The notes under the pieces: model-generated
Seen by the model: only the letters and a program-made list of their open reading frames with translations
What the model was told of the DNA's origin: nothing
The model's database searches: none
Assembly (NCBI GenBank): GCA_002384935.1
Contig: DGCD01000017.1
Span: 18,680-82,679, forward strand
DNA length: 64,000 nt
Reading direction: 5' to 3'
Source of the DNA: Pusillimonas sp. UBA3987
Lineage (GTDB): Bacteria > Pseudomonadota > Gammaproteobacteria > Burkholderiales > Burkholderiaceae_B
Program-made: the position numbers and the translations under genes
Shown here: positions 20,128 through 34,714 of the stretch, in pieces
How the letters are laid out: the number at the start of each line of letters is the position of its first letter
Position numbering within the stretch: position 1 is the first letter of the stretch

Positions 20128-21051
20128 ATGGTCGATATGAGCGACCTTCTTAAAAAGTACCTGTTCCAGGACAACAGCACCCGCATTCAGGCGGTTCGAT
20201 TAACACAAGCCTGGCAAACCGGCTTAGCCCATCAAAACCTCCCGGACTGCGTACGCAATTTATTGGGAGAACTCATGTCGGCGGCCGTCTTGTTGGCGTC
20301 GAACATTAAATTCGATGGCTCGCTGGTACTGCAATTGCAAGGCGACGGGCCTGTCTCGCTTATTGTCGTTGAATGCAATGCCGACCTCACCATTCGCGCT
20401 ACCGCAACACTGCGTGAAGATGCCGACGTTCCTGCCAACGGGACATTACAGACCTTGTTGAACACGCAAGGCGAAGGCCGTTTCAGCGTTATTCTTGATC
20501 CTGGCAAGCAAACAACCGATCTGCAGCCATACCAGGGTATTGTGCCTCTGGAAGGCGAAACCGTTGCAAAAGTACTCGAGCACTATATGCAACACTCTGA
20601 ACAGTTGGACACACGGCTATGGCTGTCAGCCGACGAAAACTGCAGCAGTGGTTTACTTTTACAGAAACTGCCCGATCACGGGGGCCATGCCGATGCGCCA
20701 TCAGAAGAGTCCTGGGACCGCGCCGTTACGCTGGCCAACACGCTGCAAACAGAAGAACTGCGCGAACTGGACACCGATACGCTGATCAAACGCCTCTTCT
20801 GGGAGGAGGCGCTGCTCACATTTGAACCGCAATCCATAACATGGCATTGTCCTTGTACCCGGGAGCGCGTCGGTAATATGTTGCGCATGCTCGGGCTAGA
20901 TGAAGTGCAAAGCATTCTATCCGAGCGTGAGACGGTTGATGTTTCTTGTAATTTTTGCGGGCAACCCTATCAATTCGATGCCGTCGATTGCGCGAGCCTG
21001 TTTACTGATAATCCGGATAGTGCCCACGCAAATCCGCGTTCGATTCATTGA
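20128..21051 (+). CDS. hslO: Redox-regulated chaperone Hsp33
   Basis: C-terminal zinc centre CPCTRER...CNFCG; 307 aa. Confidence 0.9.
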   Translation: MVDMSDLLKKYLFQDNSTRIQAVRLTQAWQTGLAHQNLPDCVRNLLGELMSAAVLLASNIKFDGSLVLQLQGDGPVSLIVVECNADLTIRATATLREDADVPANGTLQTLLNTQGEGRFSVILDPGKQTTDLQPYQGIVPLEGETVAKVLEHYMQHSEQLDTRLWLSADENCSSGLLLQKLPDHGGHADAPSEESWDRAVTLANTLQTEELRELDTDTLIKRLFWEEALLTFEPQSITWHCPCTRERVGNMLRMLGLDEVQSILSERETVDVSCNFCGQPYQFDAVDCASLFTDNPDSAHANPRSIH

Positions 21052-21113
21052 GAACTGCAACCACGTAGAAGTCACAATCGACAGGCATTAACCGGCCAAG
21101 CCACAATAAGGGC

Positions 21114-22190
21114 ATGCCACTGCACAACCTTGCCCTGACGAAACCTTTAAGTCCACGCCGCGCGCAATCAACGCTCACGCGCGTACGACCACGACAATAC
21201 AACCGGAATGAAAAGGGTGCCGGCATGGTTGAGTTCTCGCTCATCGCACTGCCCATGATTCTTACAGGAATTGGCACTGTAGAACTAACACATTGGATTT
21301 ATGTACGGCAGGCGGTGGGGGCAGCGCTTGTCGGCGCCGCCAAGGCGGGCAGCCTCCGGCATGCCAATCCAACTGCAATTGCCCGCGCGTTCGAACAACG
21401 TGCCATTCCTTTGCATACCGGCGGTTCAGTGCGCACAGCAACGCAACAACTCACAAACAACCAGGCACGTGCAATCCGGGGCCAGCCTGATCTTGCATGG
21501 CATATTCAAATCCGGTCACCGTCAACAGCCGTTTTCAACGACTTTCCAAAGAGTCGCGGCGGCGGCACGCCCAATTATCGTGCTATCGGCAACAGCTACC
21601 AGCGCGAACAACATTTGAAAGCCAAGAATAATGGCTGGACAAACGGAGTCGGCCCGACCTCAAAAGAGACCATTTTCCAGGCCAATACGCTAACCCTGCT
21701 GCTAACCTATCAATATGTGCCGCTCGTCCCTGGCCTGTCGGCTTTGGCACCCGGCCCTCTTCTGATTCGCCGCGAGGTACAAGTCACGATGCAATCCGAC
21801 CCTATATTATGGTCGGACAGCGCCAACGCACGAGTGAATCGCAAGCCGTGGCAGGGTTCTTCAACCCATATTCCTAATGAGAATAACAGTCAGCCAGCAG
21901 AAGGCTCGTCCGGCGGCAGCAAGAACGCCGGACAACAGGGAAATAAAAACGAAGCTGAACAACCGGGCACAGTGGCCGACAAACCGCTTCCGGAAAATAA
22001 CCCCAACGGGCCTGACCCTGAATCAGTTGCAGACTGCCTCAACGGGGAGGCGTATCGGCCCGCAAAATACGTACAAAGACGTCACCCTCTTTCACCATCC
22101 CCAGCTCCGAACGCGCACGCTCCTCTACAGCGGTCGTTCCGGAACGTAAATCGTGTACCTCGGCTGCCAACGCATTGTTTCGCATCGTAA
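21114..22190 (+). CDS. TadE/TadF-like pseudopilin-type protein with low-complexity C-terminal tail
   Basis: Basic leader followed by GAGMVEFSLIALPMILTGIGTVELTHW, a TadE-family N-terminus. The tail is N/Q/G/P-rich, and the last 152 nt overlap ftsB on the opposite strand. Confidence 0.5.
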   Translation: MPLHNLALTKPLSPRRAQSTLTRVRPRQYNRNEKGAGMVEFSLIALPMILTGIGTVELTHWIYVRQAVGAALVGAAKAGSLRHANPTAIARAFEQRAIPLHTGGSVRTATQQLTNNQARAIRGQPDLAWHIQIRSPSTAVFNDFPKSRGGGTPNYRAIGNSYQREQHLKAKNNGWTNGVGPTSKETIFQANTLTLLLTYQYVPLVPGLSALAPGPLLIRREVQVTMQSDPILWSDSANARVNRKPWQGSSTHIPNENNSQPAEGSSGGSKNAGQQGNKNEAEQPGTVADKPLPENNPNGPDPESVADCLNGEAYRPAKYVQRRHPLSPSPAPNAHAPLQRSFRNVNRVPRLPTHCFAS

Positions 22191-22326
22191 GGGCTTCATT
22201 CTCGGCCTGTTGCTCGGCAACCCGGGCTTCAAGCTCTGCCACCCTGCTCCAACTGTCTTTACCCCACCACAATGGATATTGAATGGCCAGGGTCAGTATT
22301 ACCAGCACCAGCAGAAGCAATCGCAT
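22039..22326 (-). CDS. ftsB: Cell division protein FtsB
   Basis: 95 aa, with an N-terminal TM, a coiled coil, and EERAR.ELGM motif. Sits downstream of eno as in many proteobacteria. Confidence 0.9.
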   Translation of the reverse strand: MRLLLLVLVILTLAIQYPLWWGKDSWSRVAELEARVAEQQAENEALTMRNNALAAEVHDLRSGTTAVEERARSELGMVKEGDVFVRILRADTPPR

Positions 22327-22374
22327 GCCCGCCCCCTGTCAGCCTCCTTAGAAACAGGAGGCATACCTGTTTGT

Positions 22375-23700
<1,326 letters not shown>

Positions 23701-23738
23701 TTAGAAAAGCATTGTACTGCGATGACCGGTTATACCCA

Positions 23739-25115
23739 TCACATTCGCTGGTTATGCCTCAAATCTACTTTTTCCAGATGCTCAACGGCTCTTACCTGCC
23801 AGCCCAGTTCATCTTTAATACGACAGCGTAACGCGTCTGCGACCTCGGGTTCGCCGTGAACCAGAAAAGTGTGCGACGGCGCCTGCCGAAAGCCACCCAA
23901 CCAGCGCAGAATTTCGTTTGCGTCGGCGTGGGCGGAAAGCATTGAAAGATTATCGAGCTCAGCCTTCACCGGCACATGCTCCCCGTGAATTTTAATTGTT
24001 TGAGCCCCAGCGAGCATTTTAGCGCCCCGAGTTCCCGCCGCCTGATAACCGGCAAACAAAACCGACGATCTCGGATCGGGCACGTAGCGCTTCAAATGAT
24101 GAATCACGCGGCCTCCCGTGGCCATACCGCTTGCTGAAATAATGATTTTCGGCATCACCGACGTATCTAAAGCTTTGGACTCTTCCACACTCTCAATACG
24201 GGTCGCCACGGCGTTAACGTCGCGCACTTGTGATGGGGTCAGTTTCTGTTCGCCCGGATAATCGGAATGAATTTCCTGCGCCCTGACCGACATCGGACTA
24301 TCGAGGTAAATGGGCATGTTCTGCGGAAGCCGGTTTTGCGATCGCAGCAGATGCAGATAATACAGCAACAGTTGCACTCGTCCGACTGCAAATGCAGGAA
24401 TCACAACCGTCCCGCCCCTTTCGGCGGTACGCACGATCAATGCCTCGAGTACGCTTTCGGGGGCGCTGGTTTCATGTATGCGATCGCCATAGGTAGACTC
24501 CAGGACCAGATAATCGGCTTGCTCAATGACATCGGGATCAGGCATTACCGGATCACCATAACGTCCCAAGTCGCCGGAAAACACCAGCGTACGTCCATCC
24601 CACTTCACTTCCACGATGGACGCGCCCAATATGTGCCCCGCCCGATGCAGCTTGACTTTTACATTCCCGGCGATGGGATGGAACAAATCACGTTCGAGAG
24701 GCTGGAATAAATCAATCGCACGTTGGGCGTCTTTTCTGTTGTAAAGCGGTAAGGCCGGATCGTGGGATGACAGTTGATGCCTGTTGGCAAACTCAGCATC
24801 AGATTCCTGGATATGTGCGCTGTCGAGCAATAGAACCTCGGCCAGTTCCAATGTCGCCGGCGAAGCATAAATGGCCCCGCTGAAACCAGCCTGAACCAGT
24901 CGCGGCAAGTAACCGGAATGATCGAGATGGGCGTGCGTCAGTACAACTGCGTCGATACTTGAAGGGTCAACCGGGAATGGGGCCCAATTGCGCTGGCGCA
25001 GAAATTTCAAGCCCTGGAATAATCCACAATCGATCAGGACACGCTTACCGTCTGACTCGAGCAAATGGCGCGAACCGGTAACAGTACCCGCCGCCCCCAG
25101 GAACGACAATTCCAT
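23739..25115 (-). CDS. MBL-fold beta-CASP family hydrolase (RNA-metabolising metallo-beta-lactamase type)
   Basis: HAHLDHSG motif, ESTYG, and a late SAHAD motif; 458 aa. Confidence 0.8.
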   Translation of the reverse strand: MELSFLGAAGTVTGSRHLLESDGKRVLIDCGLFQGLKFLRQRNWAPFPVDPSSIDAVVLTHAHLDHSGYLPRLVQAGFSGAIYASPATLELAEVLLLDSAHIQESDAEFANRHQLSSHDPALPLYNRKDAQRAIDLFQPLERDLFHPIAGNVKVKLHRAGHILGASIVEVKWDGRTLVFSGDLGRYGDPVMPDPDVIEQADYLVLESTYGDRIHETSAPESVLEALIVRTAERGGTVVIPAFAVGRVQLLLYYLHLLRSQNRLPQNMPIYLDSPMSVRAQEIHSDYPGEQKLTPSQVRDVNAVATRIESVEESKALDTSVMPKIIISASGMATGGRVIHHLKRYVPDPRSSVLFAGYQAAGTRGAKMLAGAQTIKIHGEHVPVKAELDNLSMLSAHADANEILRWLGGFRQAPSHTFLVHGEPEVADALRCRIKDELGWQVRAVEHLEKVDLRHNQRM

Positions 25116-25136
25116 AGCCTTTCTGCCTAAACAGGG

Positions 25137-27646
<2,510 letters not shown>

Positions 27647-27708
27647 TCAGCACCCGGGATCACCAGGCGGTAGCGGGAAATTGAAATTATAGCCGACACA
27701 CCCCAACC

Positions 27709-29502
27709 TTACAGGGGCTCGGTACGAGTGATCAACCAATTCTTTGCTGCGCCGTTCACGTGAGGCAATAATCTTTGCCGCACTTGCCCGTGATAATGGT
27801 TCAACCATTGCTTGTCGGTATCCGACATCAGCGCCGGCTCGATGCAGCGCGTATCAATGGGGCACAGCGTTAGCGTTTCAAACTGCAGGAAGTGTCCAAA
27901 ATCGCTCTGGCGGGCCGACTGGCAGGCGATCAAGTTCTCGATGCGAATGCCCCACTGCCCCGGACGATACAACCCCGGCTCGTTTGACGTAACCATGCCC
28001 ACCTGCATCGGGACAGTGCGCGCAGCGCGGTATGAAATAGACTGCGGCCCTTCGTGTACATTCAAAAAGTACCCCACGCCATGGCCTGTACCATGTCCAA
28101 ACTCCAACCCTGCCTGCCAGAGCGGCATGCGTGCCAGCACATCAAGCGCCGAGCCCGCCACCCCTTGGGGAAACACCGCCTGCGATAAGGCAATCATGCC
28201 TTTTAGTACCAAAGTGTAATCACGTTTCTGGTTTGAAGTTGGTATGCCAACTGGCACGACACGCGTAATATCCGTGGTGCCGCCCAGGTACTGTCCTCCC
28301 GAGTCGATCAACAACAGGCCATCGCCCTCGATCCAGGCGTAGGATGACTCCGTTGCCTGATAATGCGGCATCGCCCCATTGGCGTTAAATGCGGCAATGG
28401 TGGAAAAACTGGGGCACACGAAATGAGGCCGCCGCGCACGTGCGGCGGTGATATGCTCGTCCACCATGAGCTCGGATATCTTTTCCTTGCCAACGTGATC
28501 CTCGAACCATGCAAAGAACTCGCACAACGCTGCCCCGTCCATCTCCATGGTCTCGCGAATGTGTGCCAGTTCGGCCTCGGTTTTGCACGCTTTCATAACC
28601 TGCGAAGGATTATCGGCTTCGCACTGCTTGACAAACGCTGCCGAGGACAGCAAACCGGCCGTCGTGCGAACGGGGTCGAACAGCAATGTATCCGATTCCG
28701 GCAAGCAGGCCAGCACGCCGCCCACGGCTTCGTACGCGTCAAGCACAATGCCATCCCTCTCGAGCTCACGCTGCAGTTCCTGAGGAATCTTGGTCTGATC
28801 GATGAAGAGACGGGCATCATGCTCGCCAATTAAAAGATGACTGAGAAAAACCGGGTTGTAAGCCACATCCTGACCGCGCAAATTCAGTATCCAGGCAATA
28901 TCATCGAGCGCCGACAGCCAATGCCATTGCGCCGTTTTGTCCTTCATTTCCTTGCGAACCGCCGCCAGCTTGTCGGCGCGGCTCCGACCGGCGAAATCTG
29001 GCGCATGCGCATACACCGGCGCATGGGGAAGCGCAGGCCGATCTGCCCACGCATCACCAGGCAGGTCGAGGTCTGTTTGCAAACGAATGGCGTGGCCAGA
29101 CAGAATTTGCAACCACTGGCGATGGGCGGCAACGCTAAGCGTGTTGCCGTCGATTGCAACACAATCACCGGCAGCCAGTTGCGAAACGATCCAATCGGGG
29201 GGCGACGGCACATCCTGTTGCCCTGCCCGCATGAGCTCAATGCCCGTGCCCGCAAGGTCAACGACCGCCTGTTCCCAATAACGGCTGTCTGTCCACAAAC
29301 CTGCAAAATCAGGTGTTACCACCAATGTGCCAGCCGACCCCTGGAAACCGCTTAACCAGGCACGGGCCTGCCAATGTTCGGGCAGATACTCAGACAAGTG
29401 CGGGTCAGCAGAAAGGACCACACAAGCCTTCGCGCCTTTGGAAACCATGAGTTCACGCAAATGATGAATCCGCTTTTTGATGACAGATTGAGTTTCAGAC
29501 AT
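27709..29502 (-). CDS. Aminopeptidase P family (M24B Xaa-Pro aminopeptidase)
   Basis: 597 aa with HGTGHGVG and SNEPG motifs of the pita-bread fold. Confidence 0.85.
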   Translation of the reverse strand: MSETQSVIKKRIHHLRELMVSKGAKACVVLSADPHLSEYLPEHWQARAWLSGFQGSAGTLVVTPDFAGLWTDSRYWEQAVVDLAGTGIELMRAGQQDVPSPPDWIVSQLAAGDCVAIDGNTLSVAAHRQWLQILSGHAIRLQTDLDLPGDAWADRPALPHAPVYAHAPDFAGRSRADKLAAVRKEMKDKTAQWHWLSALDDIAWILNLRGQDVAYNPVFLSHLLIGEHDARLFIDQTKIPQELQRELERDGIVLDAYEAVGGVLACLPESDTLLFDPVRTTAGLLSSAAFVKQCEADNPSQVMKACKTEAELAHIRETMEMDGAALCEFFAWFEDHVGKEKISELMVDEHITAARARRPHFVCPSFSTIAAFNANGAMPHYQATESSYAWIEGDGLLLIDSGGQYLGGTTDITRVVPVGIPTSNQKRDYTLVLKGMIALSQAVFPQGVAGSALDVLARMPLWQAGLEFGHGTGHGVGYFLNVHEGPQSISYRAARTVPMQVGMVTSNEPGLYRPGQWGIRIENLIACQSARQSDFGHFLQFETLTLCPIDTRCIEPALMSDTDKQWLNHYHGQVRQRLLPHVNGAAKNWLITRTEPL

Positions 29503-29623
29503 TCACACCTTCTTGTTCGTCAAGCCGGCGCCCGGCACGCTTCAGATGCACAGGCGGCCCATATCGGAAGTACAATGTTTAAAGTATACGCCCACACAAA
29601 ATATATAACGGAGGTCAACATCC

Positions 29624-31270
29624 ATGGCTGAACGCGAATCAATGGAATACGACGTCGTCATCGTCGGCGCCGGGCCGGCCGGCTTATCGGCTGCCATCCG
29701 CCTGAAACAACTCGCCAACAACAAAGGGCAGGAACTCAACGTCTGTGTCCTTGAAAAAGCCTCGGAAGTCGGTGCCCATATCTTGTCGGGCGCGGTCATG
29801 GATCCCAAGGCGCTAACCGAATTGATCCCCGACTGGAAAGAAAAAGGGGCACCGCTGAAAACCGAGGTCACGGAGGATCGGTTCCTATTCCTTACGCAAA
29901 AAGGCGCCCGTGCCACTCCGAACTGGCTCCTGCCCGAATGCTTCCAGAATCACGGCAATTATGTTGTACGCCTGGGCGAAGTAACCCAGTGGCTCGGCGA
30001 GCAGGCCGAGGCGCTGGGCGTGGAAATCTTTCCCGGATTTTCAGCCGCTGAAGTGCTGTACGACGAAAATGGCGCTGTGAAGGGGGTCGCCACCGGTGAC
30101 ATGGGTATCGGGCGCGACGGCACCGAAACACCGAACTACCAGCCCGGTATGGAGCTTCACGCGAAATATACGATTTTCGCCGAGGGGTCGCGCGGCCAAC
30201 TGGGGCGTGAACTAATCGAGCGCTTCAAGCTTGACCAAGGCAAAGATCCGCAAAGCTATGCCATTGGCATCAAGGAAATGTGGGAGGTCGACCCCTCGCA
30301 ATCGAAGCCGGGGCTGGTTGTTCACACGGCGGGATGGCCGCTTGATGCCGATACCTATGGGGGCTCCTTCCTGTATCACCTCGACAACAATATGGTCGTA
30401 GTAGGGCTGGTCGTTGGCCTTGATTACGCCAATCCATGGCTGTCGCCCTACGAAGAATTTCAACGCTACAAAACCCATCCGGCCATTCGCACCACCTTCG
30501 AAGGCGGCAAGCGTATCGCCTATGGTGCCCGCTCGCTTACTGCCGGCGGCCTGCTCTCGCTGCCCAAACTCTGTTTCCCCGGCGGTGTACTGGTGGGCTG
30601 TGAAGCGGGTACGCTCAACGCCTCCCGAATCAAGGGAAGCCATGCCGCCATTAAAACCGGCGCACTGGCCGCCGAAGCCGCGTTCAACGCCCTGGCCGCC
30701 GAACGCAGCCGGGATGAGCTCACCGCATATCCCCAGGCATTTGAAAAATCATGGCTTCATGAAGAGCTCAACAAATCGCGCAACTTCAAGCAGTGGTTCA
30801 AGAAAGGTCGTACCGTTGCCACCTTAATGACCGGCATCGAACAGTGGTTGCTGAAAGGCAAAATGCCCTGGACAATCCATCGCACCAAACCCGATCACGC
30901 CTGTTTGCAACCCGCGTCGGAATGTGCCCGTATCGATTATCCCAAACCCGACGGCAAGCTCACATTCGATAAGCTCAGCTCGGTATTTTTATCGAATACG
31001 AACCATGAAGAAAATCAACCGATCCATTTAACCCTGAAAGACGCTTCGGTGCCTGTTGCCGTTAATCTTGCAAAGTATGGAGGACCGGAGGCGCGCTACT
31101 GCCCAGCCGGCGTCTACGAGTTCGTTAAAACAGAGAACGGTGAAGATCAACTGCAAATCAATGCCCAGAACTGCGTCCACTGCAAAACCTGCGATATCAA
31201 AGACCCAACGCAGAATATTGTGTGGGTAACCCCCCAGGGCGGCGAAGGCCCGGTTTACAACGGTATGTAA
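29624..31270 (+). CDS. Electron-transfer flavoprotein:ubiquinone oxidoreductase
   Basis: DVVIVGAGPAGL FAD motif and C-terminal 4Fe-4S motif (CPAGVYE...C.HCKTCDIKDP). Confidence 0.93.
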   Translation: MAERESMEYDVVIVGAGPAGLSAAIRLKQLANNKGQELNVCVLEKASEVGAHILSGAVMDPKALTELIPDWKEKGAPLKTEVTEDRFLFLTQKGARATPNWLLPECFQNHGNYVVRLGEVTQWLGEQAEALGVEIFPGFSAAEVLYDENGAVKGVATGDMGIGRDGTETPNYQPGMELHAKYTIFAEGSRGQLGRELIERFKLDQGKDPQSYAIGIKEMWEVDPSQSKPGLVVHTAGWPLDADTYGGSFLYHLDNNMVVVGLVVGLDYANPWLSPYEEFQRYKTHPAIRTTFEGGKRIAYGARSLTAGGLLSLPKLCFPGGVLVGCEAGTLNASRIKGSHAAIKTGALAAEAAFNALAAERSRDELTAYPQAFEKSWLHEELNKSRNFKQWFKKGRTVATLMTGIEQWLLKGKMPWTIHRTKPDHACLQPASECARIDYPKPDGKLTFDKLSSVFLSNTNHEENQPIHLTLKDASVPVAVNLAKYGGPEARYCPAGVYEFVKTENGEDQLQINAQNCVHCKTCDIKDPTQNIVWVTPQGGEGPVYNGM

Positions 31271-31279
31271 ACACCACAC

Positions 31280-31321
31280 AAAAAAGTGCCCCTGCAAATC
31301 AAACAGGGGCACCTTTTTTTT
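31280..31321. terminator. Bidirectional Rho-independent terminator between ETF-QO and acs
   Basis: aaaaaaGTGCCCCTGcaaatcaaaCAGGGGCACcTTTTTTTT: a 9-bp stem with an A-run upstream and a T-run downstream. Confidence 0.85.
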
Positions 31322-31341
31322 CGTCGGGAAATCCGCAAACG

Positions 31342-33330
31342 CTAAACCGACTGTGACAACTGATCCAGAATGGAAGGGTTCTCGAGTGTCGAAACATCTT
31401 GCGTAATTTCCTCGCCCCGGGCAACATTGCGCAGCAGGCGACGCATGATCTTGCCCGAGCGGGTCTTGGGCAGGTTTTCACCGAAACGAATGTCCCTGGG
31501 CTTGGCAATCGGGCCAATCTCCTTGGCCACCCAAGCACGTAACTCCTGGGCAATCTGCACTGCCTCGTCACCCTCGGGCAAATTCCGTTTCAACACCACA
31601 AACGCCACAATGGCTTCGCCTGTTGTGTCGTCCGGCCGTCCCACCACAGCAGCTTCAGCCACCATGGAATGTGATACCAGGGCAGACTCAACCTCCATCG
31701 TGCCCAGCCGATGCCCCGATACGTTCAAGACATCGTCGACCCGTCCCATAATCCAGAAATATCCATCGGCATCGCGTTGCGCGCCGTCGCCGGCCAGATA
31801 ATAGCCCTTCATTTCTGGCGGAAAATAATTTTTCTTGAACCGCTCGGGGTCACCCCAGATGGTTCGGATCATGGCGGGCCAGGGGCGTTTGACAACCAGA
31901 AATCCACCGGTACCCGACTTCACATCGACACCCGCTTCATCAACAATAGCCGCTTCAATACCAGGTAGCGGTAATGTGCAAGAGCCTGGCTTTAACGGGG
32001 TAGCACCCGGCAACGGCGTAATCATGTGACCACCGGTTTCAGTTTGCCACCATGTATCGAGTATTGGACAACGCTCGCGACCCACCTCCCTGAAATACCA
32101 CATCCAGGCCTCGGGGTTAATAGGCTCCCCCACCGAACCAATGATGCGCAGACTGTTCAAGTCGTACTTGCGCGGATGACATTCAGGGTGCGCTTCCGCC
32201 GCTTTGATGAGAGAACGAATCGCGGTAGGCGCTGTGTAGAAAATACTGACTTCATGCCGTTGAATCATTTCCCAAAACCGGCCAGCGTTGGGATAGGTGG
32301 GCACGCCTTCGAACATAACCTGGGTAACACCGGCCGCCAGCGGCCCGTACACAATATACGTATGACCGGTAATCCAACCCACATCTGCCGTGCACCAGTA
32401 AACATCTGAATCCTTGGCGTCGAAGGCCCACTTCATCGTAAGGTAGGCCCACAACAAATAACCTGCGGATGCGTGCTGCACGCCTTTGGGCTTGCCCGTT
32501 GAACCAGAGGTATACAAAATGAACAGCGGATGTTCTGCATTGACAGGAATCGGCTCGCATGGCCCGGCTGTCCCCTCGCATACATCATGCATCCAAAGAT
32601 CGCGCCCTTCATGCCACTGCACCTGGCCTCCGGTTCGTTTGTACACGACCACATGCCGCACCGCCTCGCAGCCGCCGGCGGCAATGGCTTCATCGACCGC
32701 CGGCTTTAACGCAATGTTTTTTCCGCCTCGCATTTGTTCATCGGCCGTTATCACCAGCGAAGCGCCAACATCCACCAAACGTTCGTTGATACTCTTGGAA
32801 GAGAACCCCCCAAATACGACAGAATGAATCATGCCCAGCCGGACGCACGCCTGCATCGCCACCACCGCCTCGATTGACATCGGCAGGTAGATAATGGCGC
32901 GATCACCTTTTTTGTAACCCAATGCTTTCAAGCCATTGGCGAACTCGCATACCCGATCGTAGAGCTCACGGTATGTAATACGCAGAACCTTGCCATCGTC
33001 AGTCTCAAAAATAATGGCAGTTTTGTGCTCGGTGGGTGTTCCCAGATGACGATCAAGGCAGTTGGCCGAGACATTCAGCTCACCGTCGGCAAACCATTTA
33101 TAAAAAGGCGCTTCAGACTCATCAAGAACTTGCGTAAAAGGCGTGGTCCAATTTAAATGTTCTTTGGCCAGACGCCCCCAAAACCCGTTTGGATCCTTCT
33201 GTGCCTCCTTGGCCAGATCCTGATATGCCTGCATACCGGAAATGGCCGCGTTTTTCTCTATATCGGCAAATGGCGCAAATACGCGATTCTCGACCAACAC
33301 CGATTCAATATCTGTAGATGCCATCCTCAT
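31342..33330 (-). CDS. acs: Acetyl-CoA synthetase
   Basis: 662 aa. Intact [18 protein letters not shown], and a C-terminal SGKIMRR lysine motif. ATG shares one base with the MFS stop. Confidence 0.95.
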   Translation of the reverse strand: MRMASTDIESVLVENRVFAPFADIEKNAAISGMQAYQDLAKEAQKDPNGFWGRLAKEHLNWTTPFTQVLDESEAPFYKWFADGELNVSANCLDRHLGTPTEHKTAIIFETDDGKVLRITYRELYDRVCEFANGLKALGYKKGDRAIIYLPMSIEAVVAMQACVRLGMIHSVVFGGFSSKSINERLVDVGASLVITADEQMRGGKNIALKPAVDEAIAAGGCEAVRHVVVYKRTGGQVQWHEGRDLWMHDVCEGTAGPCEPIPVNAEHPLFILYTSGSTGKPKGVQHASAGYLLWAYLTMKWAFDAKDSDVYWCTADVGWITGHTYIVYGPLAAGVTQVMFEGVPTYPNAGRFWEMIQRHEVSIFYTAPTAIRSLIKAAEAHPECHPRKYDLNSLRIIGSVGEPINPEAWMWYFREVGRERCPILDTWWQTETGGHMITPLPGATPLKPGSCTLPLPGIEAAIVDEAGVDVKSGTGGFLVVKRPWPAMIRTIWGDPERFKKNYFPPEMKGYYLAGDGAQRDADGYFWIMGRVDDVLNVSGHRLGTMEVESALVSHSMVAEAAVVGRPDDTTGEAIVAFVVLKRNLPEGDEAVQIAQELRAWVAKEIGPIAKPRDIRFGENLPKTRSGKIMRRLLRNVARGEEITQDVSTLENPSILDQLSQSV

Positions 33331-34679
33331 TACTCCTCGTTCAATGAATTATCATGGCCTGACACAGAGTAAGTATCGCGCACCTTGATGCCGCGTGCAA
33401 AATCAAGCCTTTGCAACACGACCAGGCCCACGACGAAAAACAAGCCCGTAACCAGCAATGCCTGACGATGATTGCCGTCGGTGACCCACGTAACCAGACC
33501 ATAAGTGAACGGACCCACGACAGCCGCCAACTGAATCGCAAAGGTCCAGAGCGAATAGAATTCCGCCAAACGCCCCTGTGGCGCCAGCGCACCTACCATG
33601 GCGCGCCCTGCGCTCTGACTCGTACCCATGCACAAGCCGGCCAAAGCGGCGGCAAGCCAGAAAATCCATTCACTGACAGCGGCATAAGCCACCAATACCA
33701 TCAGGATCCAACCCATCAGCGTCAGTGCGAGTGCCTGTTTGTGGCCTGCCCGATCCTGAAAGTAGCCGAACGAAAGCGCACCGGCCGCGGCCGCGATATT
33801 CACCACGAAAACCAATAGCATGGTCTTGGCCATCGTGAACCCCATGGCCTGGTTGGCGTACACTGCAGCCAGTGTCACCACCACGGCAATACCCGCCTGG
33901 TAAAACGCACCGCAGATGAGCAAAAGCCGAAAATCCGGAAAGCACTCTGATGTTTCACGCCAGGCGCGCTTTAACTGTTTGAGCGGCGCAACCCTCGGAC
34001 GCCGGTTGGGCGGGGAACGCTCGTTCAGGAAAAGAAAAGATGGCAGCGCCGACAACGCGAATAAAGCGGCCGTAAACAACATCACCACAGCAACATACTG
34101 TGGCGCGTCGTATCCTTCAGCGGCAAGCGTCGTAACCAGATACAGGGATAGCCCCAAAGCCAGCATGCCGCCGAAATAGCCGAAACCCCAGCCCCAACCC
34201 GATACCCGCCCCAAAGCGCCCGGTTTCGCTATTTCGGGCAGAAAGGCGGCAATAATCGACTCCCCCACGCAATAACAGTAGTTCGAAACCGCCAGAACCA
34301 CCAGACCCAGCAACACCGCCCCGGGCCCGATCAGCGCAAGCAAGGCCGTCGCGGCGACACAGCCCAACGTGCTCAGGAACAGCACTTGCCGTTTCTTCCC
34401 CTGTGCATCAGCATAGGCACCCAGCGAAGGCATGGTAAACATGACCAGCAGATACGATACCGACAACGCGGCAGTCAGTGCGAGGGTTCCCCACGACCGC
34501 CCCTGCGCAACCACCGAGACAAAATAACTATTGAATACCGTGGTCAGGACGACCGTGGTGTAGCCTGAATTGGCAAAATCGTACATTGCCCAGGCCCACA
34601 ACTCTCTGCGGCGTACTCCAGGACGAAGGGCGCTCGCAGAGGCGGGTGGTTCAGAGACCGTTTTGGTTGACTCCGTCAT
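33330..34679 (-). CDS. MFS transporter, UMF1/Atg22-like family
   Basis: [16 protein letters not shown]-terminal signature; about 12 TM. ATG at 34679 preferred over the TTG at 34688. Confidence 0.75.
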   Translation of the reverse strand: MTESTKTVSEPPASASALRPGVRRRELWAWAMYDFANSGYTTVVLTTVFNSYFVSVVAQGRSWGTLALTAALSVSYLLVMFTMPSLGAYADAQGKKRQVLFLSTLGCVAATALLALIGPGAVLLGLVVLAVSNYCYCVGESIIAAFLPEIAKPGALGRVSGWGWGFGYFGGMLALGLSLYLVTTLAAEGYDAPQYVAVVMLFTAALFALSALPSFLFLNERSPPNRRPRVAPLKQLKRAWRETSECFPDFRLLLICGAFYQAGIAVVVTLAAVYANQAMGFTMAKTMLLVFVVNIAAAAGALSFGYFQDRAGHKQALALTLMGWILMVLVAYAAVSEWIFWLAAALAGLCMGTSQSAGRAMVGALAPQGRLAEFYSLWTFAIQLAAVVGPFTYGLVTWVTDGNHRQALLVTGLFFVVGLVVLQRLDFARGIKVRDTYSVSGHDNSLNEE

Positions 34680-34714
34680 TAATGACAATGATCAGTACCC
34701 GAAATTAACGGATG

